Below are positions 1 through 12,993 of a stretch of DNA of 64,000 nucleotides, in pieces. The stretch comes from Octopus vulgaris (lineage: Eukaryota): the NCBI GenBank assembly GCA_951406725.2, contig OX597842.1:16306001-16370000 (forward strand), given 5' to 3'. The notes under the pieces were generated by a model that had not been told where the DNA came from, ran no database searches, and was given only the letters and a program-made list of their open reading frames with translations. How positions within the stretch are numbered: position 1 is the stretch's first letter; the number at the start of each line of letters is the position of its first letter. The translations under genes were made by a program, and so were the position numbers.

Positions 1-72
1 AATTTTTAAAATGCTCGATTTTGGATGTGATAAGGAGTTTTATTTTGTGAAAACTGTCAAATGTATTCTTGT

Positions 73-317
73 GTTCTTTTTACTTGCTTCAGTCATTTGA
101 CTGCGACCATGCAGGAGCACCACTATTAGGCGAGCATATCGATCCCACGATATATTCTTTGTAAACCTATTTCTTATTCTCAGTCTCTTTCCCGAACCGC
201 TAAATTAGAGGGATGTAAACACACCATCATCGGGTGTCAAGCGATGTTGGCGGGGAGATAAACACAGATACACAAACACTAACGCACACATACACACATA
301 TACTACACACACACACT

Positions 318-388
<71 letters not shown>

Positions 389-540
389 CGGGCTTCTTTC
401 AGTTTTCGTCTACCAAATCCAGTCACAAGCCTTTGATTGGCCCGAGGCTATAGTAGAAAACACTTGCCGAAGGTGCCACGTAGTGGGACTCAACCCAGAT
501 CCATTTGGTTGCTAAGCAAGCTTCTTATCACACCTACGCA
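73..540 (-). mobile_element. tRNA-derived SINE family A with internal (TA)n/(TG)n
   Basis: Reverse complement of the family at 9356-9755 (GGCACCTTCGGCAAGTGT...GACGAAAACTGAAAGAAGCCCGTC...CAAATGACTGAAGCAAGTAAAA). Confidence 0.85.
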
Positions 541-599
<59 letters not shown>

Positions 600-939
600 G
601 TGCGTGTGCGTATCCAAACTGGGTTTTTATTCATGTTTGTTACAGCTCTGGTTGCGATCTCTCAACTGTATAGAAGCCGTCAGTTTATCGAAATTTCCTT
701 GGCAATTTGATTTGGGAAAAAGTGTACAAATCTCGATGCCAACACATTGTTACTGTTTCTTATTGTACACTGTCCTCTTATGTTCTACAAAAACCTGCCA
801 CACACTGCTTAACGCTTACAGACCTGGATCTTATTCCTTTATAGAGAGAGAGATATTGACACAAACACACGCACATATACATACACATATTAGACACAGG
901 AGTAACTGTGGCAAGAAGCAGTTATCTTCTGTTATAGCC

Positions 940-1450
940 GTGAGCTGACCAAAGCCTTCTATGGTGAGTGCATCTCCGACCGGGTCGATCAATTTGCTCA
1001 ATAGAGTAGTATTGTTCGTATACGCCAGGTTTGTAAAATGGCTAAGTCTCGAAGGCACCACCAGATACTTTCTTACAGACCTTGGCCATCAGACAATCGA
1101 TGACACAGTTGATATGATGACCAGGGGTGGCCTTGCAATCTTTTTGATCCCTTGTTAATGGAAAACCAGTCAGAATCCTTGCCGTTCACCCGCACGCAGC
1201 ACTCGGTACTGCTATACACCTGTTGGAACAGGGTGGTGATCTTGGGAGGCGCGCCGACAAGCTTGAGAACTTTCGATTACTGGTTGGGACACTCATATTT
1301 AAGTTGCAAGTGAATCTCGTCACAGAGAACTATCCCCGCCATGATTGCTCCTGTCTCCATGATCCTAACATCGCGCCTCAATATTCGCGGGTTCTTTGAT
1401 CAATCGCTTCATTACCCTGGCTGACAATGAGACTGTCAACTGAGAGATCT
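940..1450 (-). mobile_element. Decayed non-LTR (RTE/L2-like) reverse transcriptase fragment
   Basis: Minus-strand translations KVLKLVGAPPKITTLFQQVYSSTECCVRVNGKDSDWFSINKG and NLAYTNNTTLL (degenerate YADD motif). Confidence 0.6.
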
Positions 1451-2126
1451 TCAAATCAAATGTCAACCAGTCTGCACATTATTTCCTGGTAAACACAATA
1501 CTTCTTCCGAAGGATCTTGAAGATAATCAATTACCACCGGGAGGCTCGAATGCGTGGCGACATGAATGAGTACAGGAGAATCGACCCGAAATGCAGCAAT
1601 GCCCATCTCAGATAAAAGAGGGAAATTCTGGGCAGAAGAAGCCGAACGTGTGTAGGCAGCATCAAAGAACGACGACATACACCAGGTGTTGAACATGCTC
1701 CAAAGAGCCTGTGCTTGTCTCCAGTTCAAAACAGCACAGGTGAAGGATACCAATGACAACGCCGTCGTCAAGGAAACAACCTGCTTCAAACGCTGGAAGG
1801 AGAACTTTAGCCTTCTTCTTCATCACCCAACTGTTCCTATCCATCGCAGCCTAACCGTCGCTATAGACTCATCCGCAACCACATTACTTACAGGTTGTGT
1901 CCTATCACCCGGACGTGGTCAGGGCCACCCTGAAGAAGCTCAACAACAGCAAAGCCCCTGGAATCTACACTATCACTGCAGAGATTTTGAAGGCGGGCGG
2001 ATAAATCATGATTCAGTGACCAGCCCACATCATACACCAGCACCTGTGTGTCTTTCTGTCTGTCTGTCTATGTGTCTGTTTGTCTATCTATCTATATATT
2101 TGTATGTCTGCCTGAATTTCTAACTG

Positions 2127-2199
<73 letters not shown>

Positions 2200-3346
2200 A
2201 CATTTCAGTGTTTGTGTGTATCGCAACATCACTCCACTTCGTAGCCGGTGGTGGTCCATTTTCCTGGACATAACTTAGCGGCTTTGCATTGATAGAATAA
2301 GTATCAGGCTAAACGAATAAGTCCTGGGGTCTATTCACCATTCGACTAAAATCTTTCCTCCTTGCGACAATGTAAACTTTCATTTAATCACGATATCTTT
2401 GGCCTTGAAAAGCAGCCTCTAGTATACAACAATCTCGGTTATTTGCCATTTCCAAAGTTCCGCTTGCTATGAAACATATGTAACCCGGATCCTATCGACT
2501 CCATTCCTCAACTCTCGTATTCTAATTCGCACACCGGGCAACCCTAATCGCCTACCGAGAAATAGGAAAATAATTTTTTTTCAACGTATCGAACTTCGAT
2601 ACGTAAAAACACAGAAACCTCCGCTTCAGTAACGCACTCTTGTCTTTGAACGTTTTTCCTACACCTCGATCAATGGATTTTATATATTACCTTACATACA
2701 CACACACACACATATATATATCTGTGTTAGACGTTGAGAAACCAACTAAGTGATAGTATCAGTCCAATACACTGCTTGTAGTGTACGCAATCATTCTTAC
2801 CCAAGTGCTAGTTCCAAGTGTGTGTGTGTAGATATATAAACATATATAGGTATATGTATGAGCTTGTATATATATATATTTTGTATATATGAGGGGCTAT
2901 GCAAGAAGCCCTGGGCTTCTGGGTGTTTACACACATATGTATCCAAAGGTCTGGAAATGGATATATACGTGTGTGCGCATGTGTGGTGATAAGGGTGTGT
3001 GTATGAGCGAGTTTGGACATGCATGTATATAATTATGTACGCACATGTATATGGGTATGAATGTATATCTGTTTAGTGGTAGTATAGGTGCATATGTGGT
3101 TCTGTAGTTATATGTATGTATGCTTGCATGGACAGTTATAGATAGGTATAGATAGGAATACCCCATCGCTTTTTGTCTACCAAGTGTATGTTACTCCATA
3201 CTCCTATTAGGAATATTCTACATAAACCTAGCTTATGCGCTGGGTCTAAGCACCCGTCTCTTATGAAACTTTAGAAAACACACGTGTGACTAGTTTCTTA
3301 TAGATACTAGCACTTAGTAATTGGAATGCACCCAAGCAACGAACAA

Positions 3347-3347
<1 letters not shown>

Positions 3348-3432
<85 letters not shown>
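3348..3432. repeat. (TAA)n microsatellite forming the 3' tail of the adjacent LINE
   Basis: Pure ATA/TAA array directly after AATAAA at the LINE 3' end on the minus strand. Confidence 0.9.
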
Positions 3433-3433
<1 letters not shown>

Positions 3434-5716
3434 TTATTCTTTTTATTGGCCACAAGGGCTGACACACATGATTAGAAAACATAAAGGGACAAAACAGGAC
3501 GAAAGGTTACAAAGGGTTTTGTCCGTTTGTTAAAATATCGTGTAAAAACAGTTTAACAACGAAAGATTCTAACAATTAAAATCTCTCAATAGGGGAGGTA
3601 CTTCGAAAGGTTCCTGGTGGAAAAAACCCATAAAAGCCAACGGGAGCCTGGTCAAAAGGGAGGTAGAGAGCCCCTTTCTCCTTTTATAATACCTTTTTGA
3701 ATCACAGGCGAAACCTGAGAACTGGTACATTTATACTGGCCATTCTCGCACAATTCACCCACCTTTCAGAAAATTTGCTATCGGACAGCAGTCTCCTCTC
3801 TAACCTCATCTTCCTTTTCAAGTGAAACTTGAAAAAGTTGATGAGGCCTTGACCAAAGAGGAAAGTCTCTGACTTTAGCCCTTTCAAACGGGTCCACCAG
3901 ACAACCTCTTTCGCCACAGCCACTAGGCACAAGAAAACGGCCTCGCCCTCCTTGTTAAAGGAGGTCGGCGGGGCAATCTTCACTATGGATTCGGCTGATA
4001 GCCGGATCCGTCCTACACGTGACAGTAGCTGTTCGACATAAACCCATAGTTCAGCAATACTCGGGCAATGGACGAGTGCGTGCAGAAAGGTTTCGTCGTC
4101 CTGGCAACACCTCGGGCAGGCCCGGTTGACGGCACTTCCGTGCCGGTAGAGTTTATCCCGAACAGGCAGAGCCCCTCGGTAGCACTGCCAGGCGAGCGAC
4201 CTCTGGAAATTATCCATTGGCCCCGGCCCGAAAGTCCTTCCGAACAGACCGCTCAGTTCGTTATCGTCAACGCCTAGAGTTTCCCCGAGAACGTCGTCGC
4301 ATTTTTCCTCCACTAACCCTCTATAGAACGCTAGAGTGGAGCTGAAACCGATCGCATTGCCCGCCTGGCGGAGAGCGGAGAGAGCTTGACGGCACTCGAG
4401 GTGCCAAGCGCCCTTTCTCGGTCTACGTTGTCAAAGAGACGAGCTGCGGAAAGTCGCGTCTGACAAAAGACGACCACACCTGTTCACCGTCTAGGAAATG
4501 CTTGAGATGTCGCAGCCTGAGCGCATGTCTGCGCATCAGTAACCACGGCATTCCAAGGCCTCCGTTCAGCGGTCGTTGACAGCCGATGGATCGCCTGACC
4601 AGTGGCACCTGACCCTTCCACAAAAAGTCGAAGAGCAGGCGTACCAGCTTGGCCAACCAGCGGTCGGGACAAGGGACGACGGTCAAGCGGTAATAGATGA
4701 CGTATGCGATGTACGCATTCGCCACCTCCGCCCGACCTTTCAGGGACAGCTTCCTCTCGGCCCATTTCTGGGTGAGACATGCCACCCTGCTCGCCACCAC
4801 TTCCCAGCTTTTATCCACCTGGAGGTCCGGACCGAACCAGACCCCGAGCAGTTTAATGGGTCCGTCTGTCCAGCGCCCTACGACGCTGTTGGACGGCATG
4901 GGCTTGCCTCTCCAGGTGCCCAGTTGCAAGCCCACAGACTTTTCCGCGTTAATCTTTGCCCCTGTCACCGCTTCGTACTCGTTTAGTGTCTCGCCAATCA
5001 GGCCAATGTGCCTGTGGCTCGACACCATCACGGTGACGTCGTTGGCATAGGCAGACACGCTATTTCCGCCTCCTAGACCGCGCGGGATACCCCTCAAAGC
5101 CTCCAACTACATATTGGCTCGAGAGTCAATATGTACAAGAGGGAGGAGAGAGGGCATCCTTGGCGGACCGAACGCGAGATTTCGAACGGTTCCGAAAGGT
5201 GACCGTTCACCCGTATCACCGAGCAGATGTTGCTGTATAGAGCAGCGATCCACCTGCGGAAGACTGGACCGAAGCCGGCTGCCTTGAGAACAGCTGCCAG
5301 GTACCGATGGTCGACCCTATCGAAGGCTTTACTCTGATCTAAGTTGATCAAAGCCCCACCCGCGCCAGCGTCGTTACCCACCCTCTCTACGATGTAGCGC
5401 ATGAGATGGAGGTTGTCGTGTATCGACCTGGTCGGCACGGCGCATGTCTGCGTCTTGCCGACCAGCTTGTCCACGACAAGCGCCAATCTCTTGGCTAGCA
5501 CCTTGGCCAAAATCTTCAACTCTGCATTGAGCAGAGTGATGGGTCGAAAATTCCCTATAACGTCCCCCTTGTTTGGGTCCTTTTTCAGCAAAGCTACCAC
5601 CCATCGACTGACAAAAGCAGGAATTTTTCCACCGCTCGTCCCAAACAGTTGAGCAAAGTGCCGCTGAAACACCGTACACATCTGCTTCGGTTCGGTAACC
5701 TCGCGCCATTTATAAA
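3433..5716 (-). mobile_element. 5'-truncated Tx1/L1-clade LINE, disrupted ORF2 (RT + zf-RVT)
   Basis: ORFs 5094-5726 (NFRPITLLNAELKILAK, LDQSKAFDRVDH, VRQGCPLS), 4423-5106 (SAYANDV = YADD variant, LSLKGR, GGLGMP) and 3702-4313 (CPRC..ETFLHALVHCP). Frameshifts/stops and an apparent internal deletion near 5630. Confidence 0.93.
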
Positions 5717-5721
5717 GTGAG

Positions 5722-6141
5722 CCCATTTATAAATGCATCTCGAATCATTTCAGACCGGTACTGCTCAACACTCACTGCAACAAAGTCACAGTCTTTCGCT
5801 AATATTTTGAGTTCCTTTAAGAACTGGTCTAGAGATTCCCCTAGTTTCTGTTTCCTTGTGGCTAAAAGATGGCGTGCCATTACGATGTTCTTTGGTTTAA
5901 TGTACACACTCTTTAGTGTATTCACAGCTTGTTCGTAGTTCTTAGCTTCACTGATGAATTCGTATACGTTCGGTTCCACATAATTAATCAAAAGATTGAG
6001 TTTATCGATAACCCTACCTTCCTGCCCTGGTAGTGAGTCTATAAAGTTGGTGAAGGTTCTAAATCAGTGATTAAAAACTTTATCAGCATTTGTAGAATTT
6101 GAGTCTATATTCAGTCTGTCAGGTTTCAAGTATCTTTCCAT
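5722..6141 (-). mobile_element. Gypsy/Ty3 gag N-terminal fragment
   Basis: ATG at 6141 gives MERYLKPDRL...H*FRTFTNF...ARHLLATRKQKLGESLDQFLKELKILAKDC...MIRDAFINGL, typical of Gypsy gag. One in-frame TGA; truncated at the Tx1 junction. Confidence 0.85.
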
Positions 6142-7055
6142 ATCGTTCACGGCTTTTTTCCATAGACTGCTCTGCGACGTTTCCTAGTTGTGTATTTTCA
6201 AACATTAGTTTCTTTAATTGTATTGTATAAACAGTAAAGCCTGGTTCAAAGAAACTATACCTTATATTATATCCTGGAAATATTAATGACATATTTTAAT
6301 TGTAAACTAGAATTTATAAACTTTAAAGTCTAAACAATGAGATGGTTTAACGGTTTCTCGTCTATAAAATACTCTCTGAAAATAAAACGAATTTCCATAT
6401 AAAAGTATGTTTGCGTTGGATATTGTTATAATGAAACTTTGACAATATTAAAGAGTAAGAAAATATTGTGTTAATTAAAACCAATAGAAGAATAATATCT
6501 ACCTGAATAATTAACTATTTTCAGTTGGAATCTGAAGAGTTTTTTTTTCTGTCAGGAATATCTTCCACGTTTTGTGAGTTCAAAGAACAGCAAATGAATA
6601 AAGAAATGCGTTGAATTTTGTCTATTTACAGTGAGGATATGAAACTTGGTGACGTTAACTTTTGAGATAAGAGTTTGTGTGTGCGTGTGTCTATTTCGAG
6701 ATAAGAATATGTATGTGCATATGTGAGTCTACGAATGTATGTATATGTGTCTATGCATGTGCGCGTGTGTGTGTGTGTAATGTAAACCCTACACATAATC
6801 CGTTCTGTTATCTAATCACTTCGACAAATGCTAAATCCTGACAACAGTTATAGCAGTAAACGTTCTGGGTGTATGTCTGTGTATTATATCTATATGTGTG
6901 CACGCATATATTTATGTATATGTGTGTTTGTAGCCGTGCCATGTTCTCACTGCAGGTAAATAAAGGAAAATAATTGGATACGCACATACACACACATTTA
7001 TATGTAAATATGCAGATACCATATATGTAATGTATAACATACATACATCTGTATG

Positions 7056-7141
<86 letters not shown>

Positions 7142-7221
7142 TATATATATATATATGTGTGTATATATAAATATATATGTATGCATGTATATATGTATGT
7201 ATGTATATATACATATATACA

Positions 7222-7384
7222 GGCGCAGGGGTGGCTGTGTGGTAAGTAGCTTACTTACGAACCACATGCTTCCTGGTTCAGTCCCACCTCTTGACACCTT
7301 GGGCAAGTGTCTTCTACTACAACCTCTGCCTGACCAAAAACTTGTGAGTGGATTTGGTAGATGGAAACGGAAAGAAACTCACCG

Positions 7385-7421
<37 letters not shown>

Positions 7422-7586
7422 GTGTGTGTGTGTGCATGTGTGTGTGTGTATGTTTGTGTATCTATGATTGTCCTCCCAACATCGTGTGGCAACCGATTTT
7501 CGTGTGTCCTCGTAAATTAGCGGTTTGGCAAAGGACACCCATAGAATAAAGCATGGCCGCAGTCAAATGACTGAAACAAATAAAAG
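7222..7586 (+). mobile_element. SINE family A
   Basis: GGCGCAGGGGTGGCTGTGTGGTAAG head with A/B-box-like motifs; family tail CAAATGACTGAAAC. Confidence 0.85.
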
Positions 7587-7614
7587 CCGTCAGTATAGCA
7601 TATATATATATATG

Positions 7615-7652
7615 CGATTGGTAGATAGAAACTGAATGAAACCCTTTGTGTA

Positions 7653-7696
<44 letters not shown>

Positions 7697-7734
7697 TACA
7701 CAAAGGGTTTCATTCAGTTTCTATCTACCAATCG
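7615..7734. repeat. Perfect palindrome centred on (TA)n
   Basis: CGATTGGTAGATAGAAACTGAATGAAACCCTTTGTGTAGCA-(TA)n-TGCTACACAAAGGGTTTCATTCAGTTTCTATCTACCAATCG. Confidence 0.9.
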
Positions 7735-8899
7735 GCACAGACGGCTGTAGTTGGCCACAACTATAAATGAAGAGAATTGCTAGATGTGGGGTTGAACCAG
7801 GAATCATTTGGTTGTGAAACAAACTTCTTACCACACCGGCACATTTGGAAGCACATAATCGTTGATCGAGCATACATGATCACAAGCATTCCATCCACGA
7901 CCATCTTGATGATTTGCATGAATTTAGAATTACACTATGTAATTTGTAATACGATATATGTCTAAGGTGAGATTCGGGCTAAAATGTGGCTGCTATTTCT
8001 TGTAGATCAATTGAACCCCAGAAATCCAATCGTTACATGCTTCTCTATATGTTTGTGTGTACGCGTGTATGCCCATGTGTGTGTGTGTGTTTATGCGCGC
8101 GTGCGTCTTGTGTGTGTGTCCTGTTCTGCTTGTAAGAAAAGCTTTTTGTCAGCGTTGTAAATTTAATCTCGCAAAAGCGACGAAGTGTTTTATCTGGAAA
8201 TTAGGTCAAGTGTTTATGACATTCCTATTGAGTTGCATGGTTGCCATGGTATGTACAAGCGGGGGAGGCCATTGCCGCTCCTAAGAGAAGTCGTTATGTA
8301 AATAATGTCAATAGAAAAGCGATACGATAATTCAATATTTGAAGTGGTGTGCAAAGTTGTTTGGATGTCAGTGGCTTATTTGGTGAACGTGAGTTCATTT
8401 CCCGGTAAAGCATTGTGTCCTTGAGTAAGACTCTTTATTTATGCGTTGAAGACAAAATAAGTTTTCACGTGTTTGAAGCGCGGAACTTCAGGAGCAATTA
8501 ACATGCGTTCGTGTGTGTGTGTGTGTGTATCACGTTCTCTCTATCTTGGTAGTCATGGTGCAATACTAATAAAAGACCGCTTAAAAAATATATCAATTTA
8601 TTTGAAAGCTAGCAAAAGCAAAATGCTGTAAATAAAATGTTGGTAGAAGAGGAGTGTGAGAAAATAAATACAGAATGAAAGAAAGAAGATTAATTTAAGC
8701 CACAGCACAGGAATTTATGACATGGCAGCCATGAAAACAGCTTTATGGTGGTGACATCTAGTGAATAAATGGGTGCGTAGCAATGGGATTTGGGAAATAA
8801 TCCCAGGCACTCCTTTATAACTTTCATGGGTTGTTAAGGAAAGTATGAACCCACTCTCTTATATGTATGTACAGGTGCGAGTATATTTATATATGTATG

Positions 8900-8932
<33 letters not shown>

Positions 8933-9355
8933 ATAGAAATATGTAATATGTGAATATAGAGGTGTGCATGTGCACATATTTTTGTGTGTATATACACTTA
9001 TGTTGACATATATGCGTCTGCGCGCGTCTCGATGTGTACCAAAAATAAGAATGGACTTGAATATATCATCGTATCTGTCTCTGTATACATATACATACAT
9101 TGCTTTTAATTGCGTTAATCATTTGACTGTGACCAGACTGGAGCAACACTTTGAAGGTTTGACTGGAGCAAATCAATGTAACTACTTATTTCTAATCCTG
9201 GTTCTTATCCCCACGGTTCTGTTTTTACTAAACATATCGGTACGGGGACGTAAACAAACTAATGTCGATGGCCAAGCAGTGGTGGAGGACAAAAGACAGT
9301 CTACTTTCAGATGCTGTCAACCAAATTCCTCTGAAGTCATTAGCTCGGGTCCATA

Positions 9356-9517
9356 GGCGCAGGAGTGGCTGTGTAAGTAGCTTGTTTACCAACCACATGG
9401 TTCCGGGTTCAGTCCCAATGCGTGGCACCTTAGGCAAGTGTCTTCTACTATAGCCTCGGGTCGACCAAAGCCTTGTGAGTGGATTTGGTAGACGGAAACT
9501 GAAAGAAGCCCGTCGTA

Positions 9518-9556
<39 letters not shown>

Positions 9557-9755
9557 GCGTGTGTGTGTCTGTCCCCCTAGCATTGCTTGACAACCGATGC
9601 TGGTGTGTTTATGTCCCCATTACTTAGCGGTTCAGCAAAAGTGACCGATAGAATAAGTACTGGGGTTTCAAAAAATAAGTCCCGGGGTTGAGTTGCTTGA
9701 TTAAAGGCGGTGTTCCAGTATGGCCGCAGTCAAATGACTGAAACAAGTAAAAGAG
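9356..9755 (+). mobile_element. SINE family A, near full length
   Basis: tRNA-like head (TGGCTGTG..GG; GGTTCAGTCCC), central microsatellite, tail ...TGACTGAAACAAGTAAAAGAG. Confidence 0.9.
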
Positions 9756-9954
9756 TAAAGAGAGAGAGAGAGAGTAGAAGACCCTTGACCAAGTTATAAC
9801 ACCGAGGAACTGAACCTGGAACCATGTGAAATGAACTCCTTGCAGATCGATATATTTGACTAATTTTCATCACAGATTCTTAACTGGCAAATAGCAAAAG
9901 AAAACACGAAAACCTAAAGAAATGTTTATCATTTAGTGCTGAAAATATGCATTG

Positions 9955-10360
9955 TATGAAAACGAACAATATTTTGTCTGCTCAAAAATTTAAGGCCATG
10001 AAAATAAAACAATTAAATTTTGTATAAACTATAAAAATTCTGGCATTTATGTTCAAGCTTTCACTGTGTCAGCAATTGCTAGTTACGCCCTGTATTTCAC
10101 ACCAACAATGGACAAAGCAAAAATATCGACAGATTTTGAACATGGTAGAATTGCAGAGGTCCAGAAGTAAGGTCTTTCACAACAAGCTATCAGCAAAACC
10201 GAAATCCTTAAAAGACCCTCAAGCATATGGATTGAAAAAAAATCGACCTGTTGGCCAAAGAAAGTTTCACCAGCGTTGATTACAAGGATTGAACGGGAAG
10301 TCAGGAATGACACCAGCCGGTCGTCAAACCAGATAAAGGTAATTACGTATGCAGAATGTA
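9955..10360 (+). mobile_element. Tc1/Tc3-type transposase N-terminal (HTH) relic
   Basis: From ATG about 10108: MDKAKISTDFEHGRIAEVQK*GLSQQAIS...LKDPQAYG...PKKVSPALITRIEREVRNDTSRSSNQIK, with a stop and frameshifts. Confidence 0.75.
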
Positions 10361-10789
10361 CCCTAAGGACGATACGATGGCATTTGAGATAGACACATAC
10401 GAACACCCCTGCGCAGTGTTCAACTCACTGCTTACACCACACACCATTATGCACACACCCACACACACTCAATGCACTAACGCACACACATGTGCACATA
10501 CATGCTTGCACACCTTACTTCAAAAGGGTCACCGTTAATAACACTTTTTCACTAAGCCCCTATCTTCTGGTCATTTCATTATGTTGAACTGTTATTCGGT
10601 ACACATTTTCTCTCGTTTTCTTTTCGTTCTTTCCCCATATTTTCCTCTCAATCTATTCTCTCGAAGACTGTAGGCTTGAATCATCAAAGACTTTGCCATT
10701 TTTTTCCCAAGCACCAAACTAATTCACCTGCCTGTTGTGCCTTCACCTGTCTTCGTCTTTTGTTTTCTGTACATTGAAGTGTGTGTGTG

Positions 10790-10990
10790 TGTGTTTGTCC
10801 TCACTTCATCACTTGCCAATCACTGTTAGTGTGTTTACGTCCCCATAACCTAGTGGTTCGACAAAAGACCTGATAGAATAAGTACCAGACTTTCAAAGAA
10901 TAAGTCCTGGGGTTGATTTCTTTTACTAAAAGGCGGTGCTCCAGCATGGCTTCAGTCAAATGGTTGAAACATATAAAAGAATAAAAGAAT

Positions 10991-11061
<71 letters not shown>

Positions 11062-11128
11062 CAACGGGTTTCTTTCAGTTTCCATCTTCCAAATCCACTC
11101 ACAAGGCTTTGGTCGGCCCGGGGCTATA
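10790..11128 (-). mobile_element. SINE family A pieces (plus-strand tail followed by minus-strand body)
   Basis: Matches family A tail (10800-10985) and the reverse complement of its 5' body (11065-11128). Confidence 0.7.
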
Positions 11129-11711
11129 GGAGAGCAAACATACAGGAAGGAAGGAAGAAGACGAGAAACAGTTGAAAAAAAACAGCAAATTCTTCTGGCT
11201 GTCCTAGTACTCCTGGCCAACTTGGTAATCCTCCTGGCAAGGGCACAAAACAGTCACAAAAATGAATCACAATTTTAGGAGGGATACGCCCCACCAAACA
11301 CACTTCCCACCGTTAAGTGAGACTTCACACACACATGCAGAGAATTTGCCAGGAACTCTGTGGAGATTTCTTGTTCGACGAATATAAATAAACACGCGCA
11401 ACAAACCGCCACTAAATCCCCCCAAAACAAATGTCTTACCTGGTAGCTGTGCTTCAATAATTCACGACGTTGGTATACAAAGGCGTCACAAGAAGAACCC
11501 GTCCACACAGTAATGAGGGAGTAAGCTTCTTCCCACACAGGGTGAGTCATTATTAACACACACACGGGTTCAGTTCCACCCCTTTATTATTAGTCAATAT
11601 TAAATTCATGTTTTCAAAATATGTCCTTTCCCAAGATTAACAAGTTTTCACATATTTCGTCGATGTACGAAATGTAAACAACGTCAACGCACAAACACAC
11701 ACATACCAGTA

Positions 11712-12220
11712 TATATTTCTTTATTGCCCACAAGGGGCTAAACATAGAGGTGACAAACAAGGACAGAGGAACGGATGAAAGAATGAAAGGCAAAGTCGAC
11801 CTCGGCGGATTTGAACTCAAAATTTACCGGCAGACGAAATACCTATTTCTTTATTACCCACAGAGGGGACAAACAAGGACAGACTAAGGAATTAAGTCGA
11901 TTACATCGACCCCAGTGTGTAACTGGTACTTAATTTATCGACCCCGAAAAGATGAACTCAGAACGTAACGGCAAACGAAATACCTATTTCTATTTCTTTA
12001 TTACCCACAAGGGGCTAAACATAGAGGGGACAAACAAGGACAGACATAGGTATTAAGTCGATTACACCGACCCCAGTACGTGACTGGTACTTAATTTATC
12101 GACCCCGAAAGGATGAAAGGCAAAGTTGACCTCGGCGGAATTTGAACTCACAACGTAACGCAGACGAAATACCGCTAAGCATTTCGCCCAGCGTGCTAAC
12201 GTTTCTGTCAGCTCGCCGCC
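11712..12220 (-). mobile_element. SINE family B, nested/tandem partial copies
   Basis: Reverse complement of GGCGGCGAGCTG..CAGAAACGTTAGCACG...GCCTTTCATCCTTTCGGGGTCGATAAATTAAGTACC...TGTGGGTAATAAAGAAAT, with the tail repeated three times. Confidence 0.85.
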
Positions 12221-12734
12221 TATATACACACACACACACACGTATATGCACGCACATGCATAGGCGTACGTAAATATGTTTGCGTATCTATGAGTGTACA
12301 CACATACACCCACATAAAGATAAATATAATTGAAAATTTGCTGGACCGATTTTTATGAAGTTTGGTAAATGAATGAAATAAGAAGACGTCATTGAATTTC
12401 GAAACAACAAAAATGAATTACATGTGACGGGATTTATTGTGGATTTTTTAGATATTTTACTTCAGAACATTCAGTATGATGCGTAGAAGACAACATAATA
12501 TTTTTCAATCATCTGATGCCCGACGCTCCAGAAGTGGGAGGGCCATGGAAAGAGGCAGGACAGGCACCAATGCCAAAGAAATGCCGTGGTGACACAACAG
12601 TAACGAGAAATAAAACTCCGGTTTCAAACGACGAGGCAAGTCCACCTGTTGTGACACGAAACACCAGAGGAGAAACGAGAGAGGTTGGAGTCTCAAGCCA
12701 TTAGAAAAGATATACATACATAATACATAATACA

Positions 12735-12930
12735 GGTACTACTTAAGAAGAGTGGTCCCCGTGCGCGTACTTGCGCACTCGCGCATCCACGCTAGCTAGT
12801 CGTAACTAGTCGATCCTACAACGACTACCTAGCAAAGTAAATAAAACACAAAGTAAGGATCGACCAGTCACGACTAGCTAGCGCGCATGCGCGAGTGCAC
12901 GCACCGGGACCACTCTTCTTAAGTAGTACC
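12735..12930. mobile_element. MITE with GGTACTACTTAAGAAGAGTGGTCCC terminal inverted repeats
   Basis: Long TIRs, flanked by TACA on both sides (12731-12734 and 12931-12934); related copies at about 52094 and about 56085. Confidence 0.88.
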
Positions 12931-12993
12931 TACATTAATTAATTCATTCATACATTAATTGATGAATTAATTCTATCTTAACTTATAAGAGTC

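Noticed and set aside
9356-9430. tRNA-like heads here and at 61590-61665
   Set aside because: They continue into SINE bodies in many copies, and no full cloverleaf with terminator is evident
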